The notes beneath the pieces were generated by a model that searched no databases, had not been told where the DNA came from, and saw nothing but the letters and a program-made list of their open reading frames with translations. DNA of 61,596 bases, the filler included, from an uncultured bacterium (GTDB lineage: Bacteria; Latescibacterota; UBA2968): the NCBI GenBank assembly GCA_964471275.1. It is 3 parts of 3 records of this genome, joined end to end, with 100 filler letters (N's around TTAATTAATTAA, not from the genome) between each part and the next. Parts side by side here need not be neighbours in the genome. Positions count along the whole stretch, not along the records: positions 41,316 to 61,596 come from CAYYGZ010000063.1; 2 more parts are not named here. One strand, given 5' to 3'. The position numbers and the translations under genes were made by a program. Of the stretch, positions 58,041 through 61,596 are shown piece by piece. Numbering within the stretch: position 1 is the first letter of the stretch; each line of letters starts with the position of its first letter.

Positions 58041-61000
58041 ATGCTCTTTCCGATCTCTTCACGGCGCACATCTCTGTCTTCTTTCCTGCGTCCGACTCTT
58101 CTGGCCGTTCTGGCCGCTCTTTTACTCCTGAGTTTCGCTGAATCGAGGTCTCGTGGCAGTTTTGATGTCAAGCGAGCAATCGCTGGTGACGGCTCGCGAG
58201 GTCCGTATGCTCTGGGTGTCACCGGGCTGATTTCCGGGACGGATTCCGTGTGGGTAGACGGTGTTCTTCTCGTCAGGGGTTCGGAATACTCTCTGGTCAC
58301 AGAGAACGCAACTCTTGTCCTGGCGGAACCTCTTGCTCGCGGTCGCAGACTGACGTTCGCCGCACAGAGAACGATCCAGGTTCTGACTGCAGTTCGCAGA
58401 CGCGAACGTCCTTCCGATGAACACAGGCAGATTCTCACTACGGTGCAGCCTGCAGGCCGGCGGCAACTCAAATCGCTCCCCCCTGTCAGCCGGGAAGGCA
58501 ACGGAATCGAAGTGTCCGGGGTGAAACGTTTTCAGGTAGCCATCGGGACTTCATCCGAGGCTGCGCTGAACCAGTCGCTTCAGCTTGAGATCTCTGGGAT
58601 GCTGTCTGATGGTGTCCGGGTGAAGGGATTCCTGAGTGATCGGAGCTTGCCGGTTCAGGCCGAAGGACGATCGCAGTCAGTTCAGGATCTGGATCGTGTG
58701 CATCTGGAGGTGGCCTCGTCGACATTCAGGGCAGGGCTGGGTGATGTGGATGTCGATTTCGGTGGAACGACATTTGGTCGGTATCACCGTCAACTCGAGG
58801 GTGCTCGCCTGCAGATGAAAGGAAGGCGCGGTGATGTCGATCTGTTTGGTGCCGTGTCAGAGGGGGCGCGGGAGACGCGACGGATCGATGTCCGAGCTGG
58901 CTACCAGGGCCCATACAGACTTTCGGCAGGGCCACACCAGATCTCTGCTGGTAGTGAGCGTCTGTATCTGAACGGGGTGCAACTGCGCCGTGGTGAGGGA
59001 CAGGACTACGTGATCGACTATGATCGTGGGTTGATCACGTTTATGCCAGGGCGACCGATTATGGGAGAGAGCCGGGTGACGGCCGAATTTCAAACCGTCG
59101 ATCCTGCCGGTCGAATACGCAGTCTGGGGCTGCGCGGACAACTCGCGACGGGAGATGGGCGGCTACGTCTGGGAACGACACTGATCCGGGAGTCGAGAGG
59201 AACCGGGGTGCCGGTGGCCAGCGGAACCGTTACGCTTCCCAGCCACCCGCCGCAAGGGCCGGGCGCCTTGCTGTCCAGTGTGGACGGGGCGTTCAACCCC
59301 TCAGAGAGCGTTCACCTGGAGGGTGAGGTGGCCTGGGCGAGGTCGGTCTCACAGGTCGAGGCGGTCGCAGGTCACGCGGCGCGTGTTGGGATTACACTTG
59401 AGACGGCTCAAGCCCGCGAGCAGATGAGTGGACCGGGGGCAATCCGGCTGACCGGATCGCTCAGGCAGATCGGTGAGTCGTTCCAGCCCTTCGATCGCGT
59501 AGATCCGATCACGTCCGAGGGTGCGTGGGGATGGGAGTCGTCCGCGATATCGGGGACCGGAAAGGTGAGTGAACTGGCGCTTTCGTATACGCCGATGTCC
59601 TTCGCAACTGTCGGTGTTCAGATGGGACATCGTACCGGTTCTGTGGCCGGTCATCGGAAAGGCATGTCGCTCGAACTGGAAGGCGGGCAGCACGGTCGTG
59701 CGAGTGTTTCGTTCGATCACGTCCATCGATCGGGGGGTGAGTTGAAGCGGTTTGGCAGTTCAGCTGCAGGCGTGTTGGGCTGGTTTCGACCGACCCTTCG
59801 CTTCTCGTCCGAATCCACCAGCGGGACAGCGATCCAGGCTTCTCGAGTTTTCTACAATGGTAGCGCGGGTGACATGCCCGAAGGTGCACGCATCAGAGAA
59901 GCACATCTGACCTCGGAAGTCGGATCGGGCAGGCTAACGATGCGATCCTCAGCGACCCTGTCGCAAGTCGATCAGCTCACAACAGCGTGGGGAGACAGCG
60001 CGCGCACGTGGACTCACACCAACGAATTGAACGCGACGACACGGAATGGGTTCCAGTTCAGTGGTCTGTTCGGCCAGACGGTTCGACGTGATCGTGGACA
60101 AAGCGAGGGGACTGAGACGGTGAATCTGGGCCGGGTTCGTGTTGGCTACCGGCCTGGGAGTGGGGTGTTTTCCCAGCAGGTACAGTATCACGTGACAAGC
60201 ACTGGCGTCGCGGATCGAGATCGGGTGTTCGTGGAGGTCGCAGACGGAAGCGGTTCGTATGTGTGGGAAGACGTAGACGGGGATGGCTTCCCAGACGATG
60301 AGGAGTTTACACCTGAATCGGGAGGTAATTACGAGCCGTATTACGGGGTGCCCACGTCGTTCGAACCCGTAAGGGAGTCTTCGGTGGGACTTCGGACGAT
60401 GGTTGATCTTGGGAGAGGTCGATTCGGCCAGGTTATCGGACTTCGAAACGTGGCTCTCGAAGTGGCCCTGGAGTCGGATCGCCGAGGCAGGACAGCGGAT
60501 GGGGTGACCACGACGCCGTGGTCACATCTGGGTTTTGTGGATGAGATCGGTGTCGTCTCAGCGAGGAGACAGGTCCGATCGACCGTTCACCTGTTCCGAA
60601 GGAATCGTAAGGGATCGATCCGCGTGGACGGTCGTATCGCAGATGATCTGAACAGGCGACTGAGCGAGGAGGGTCGGACTCAGGTTCGGGGCTGGGTGTT
60701 TATCGGGAAGCTGCGTCCCCTGGAAGGTTGGGATGTGGAGGCTCGTGCGGAGACGGAGTTTCGCGATCGAGCCGGTGAAGGTGCTTTTGCCCACGGTGTA
60801 AGGGAACGTGGTCTGGAAGTAAGGAACTGGGTGCGACTGCCTGACGGATGGCAGACTGGTCTGGCACTGGCGTGGGGGCATGATCGGGAGGACCACCGAG
60901 CTCTCGACGTCAGGCGGATCGCTATCGGTCCGGAGCTGCGTCGAGCTCTTAAAGGACGCGGGCGTTTCACGAGCCGCTTTGATTGGNNNNNNNNNNGACT

Positions 61001-61201
61001 CGGGTAGACGCCAACGATGCGCTGCCGCTGTTTCTCGGGCTGGCCAAGGGACACCGTCGCGGACAGAACTATCGATGGCGCCTTGGGGTGGACTATCGGT
61101 TAGGCACTTACGTGGATGCTTTTGTGATGTACGACGGAACCGTGAGACCCGAGCGTCCTGCGCTGCACCTGGGGAGGATGGAGTTGAGGGCGAGGTTTTA
61201 G
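58041..61201 (+). CDS. Large exported protein, probable outer-membrane beta-barrel (spans a 10-N gap)
   Basis: Signal peptide, LNQSLQL.ISG, YQGPY, GSERLYLNG..LRRG...DYVIDY..G.ITF and amphipathic strands. After the gap at 60987-60996 it ends in MELRARF with a terminal Phe. Confidence 0.75.
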
Positions 61202-61216
61202 GAGGGGTGGGCGTGG

Positions 61217-61596
61217 CATATTGGCCCCCTGAATGAGTGAGACCTCTTATAGTGTTGTAATCATAAGGGGGTGTCCTTGGCACGAGATCCGAAGTTCACT
61301 GAAGAACAGAAGTATGAAATAGCGGTAGAGTTCGTTTCAGGAATGCTGTCGCATTCAGAGATATGCCGTAAGTGGGACATAAGTCCGACGTATGCGTACA
61401 AATTGAAGGATCGGGCTCTCGATCTTCTTCGTCAGGGAATGGGACGTCCGACCGGTAAGCCCGATGCGCAGGAAGAGCGTCTTCAGAAGCGTGTGCCCGA
61501 TCTCGAGCAACTTTCGGGTGATCCGGGCCCTGCGATCAGGTGTCGTCGTCCGAACCAAGCCTGTCCGATCGATATGACCAGCTTTCAGCGTTCGGA
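61217..61596 (+). mobile_element. Second deleted copy of the IS3-family element (runs off window)
   Basis: About 250 nt nearly identical to 38885-39140, then a different internal deletion. Confidence 0.88.

Overview
This is bacterial DNA (roughly 60% GC by eye) made of three separate contigs joined by artificial 100-nt spacers (N-run, TTAATTAATTAA, N-run) at 20665-20764 and 41216-41315. Gene adjacency across those spacers is meaningless. Contig 1 (1-20664) is an accessory catabolic region. It carries two Cys-type sulfatases, a BNR/sialidase-fold protein, a fused double amidohydrolase, a beta-helix protein, two uncharacterised lyase-like proteins, an MFS transporter and oxyR. It also shows heavy decay, with a purA pseudogene, an enolase-family pseudogene, a sialidase relic and a transposase fragment. 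Contig 2 (20765-41215) holds an Ldh_2/MBL-hydrolase/COG1233/aminotransferase cluster, rlmI, a rhomboid protease, tRNA-Gly(GCC), a hydantoinase/oxoprolinase A+B-PhyH-PL6 lyase-TIM barrel cluster and an IS3 relic. Contig 3 (41316-61596) is mostly housekeeping: HU, glnA, larC, an M23 peptidase, rlmN, a frameshifted murA, a CCA-adding enzyme, fliL, rplM-rpsI-rpsB-tsf-frr without pyrH, dapL, an NHL protein, a large outer-membrane protein and a second IS3 relic. I see no CRISPR array, prophage or defence island. The most unusual signals are intergenic. Several families of tiny repeats occur, including a 23-nt element present inside one copy of a 9-nt-periodic repeat and absent from another copy (a filled/empty pair). 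There is also a Cys-rich small ORF translationally coupled to glnA. The gene content would fit an FCB/PVC-like uncultured lineage, but that is inference only. All product calls come from motif recognition, not database searches.
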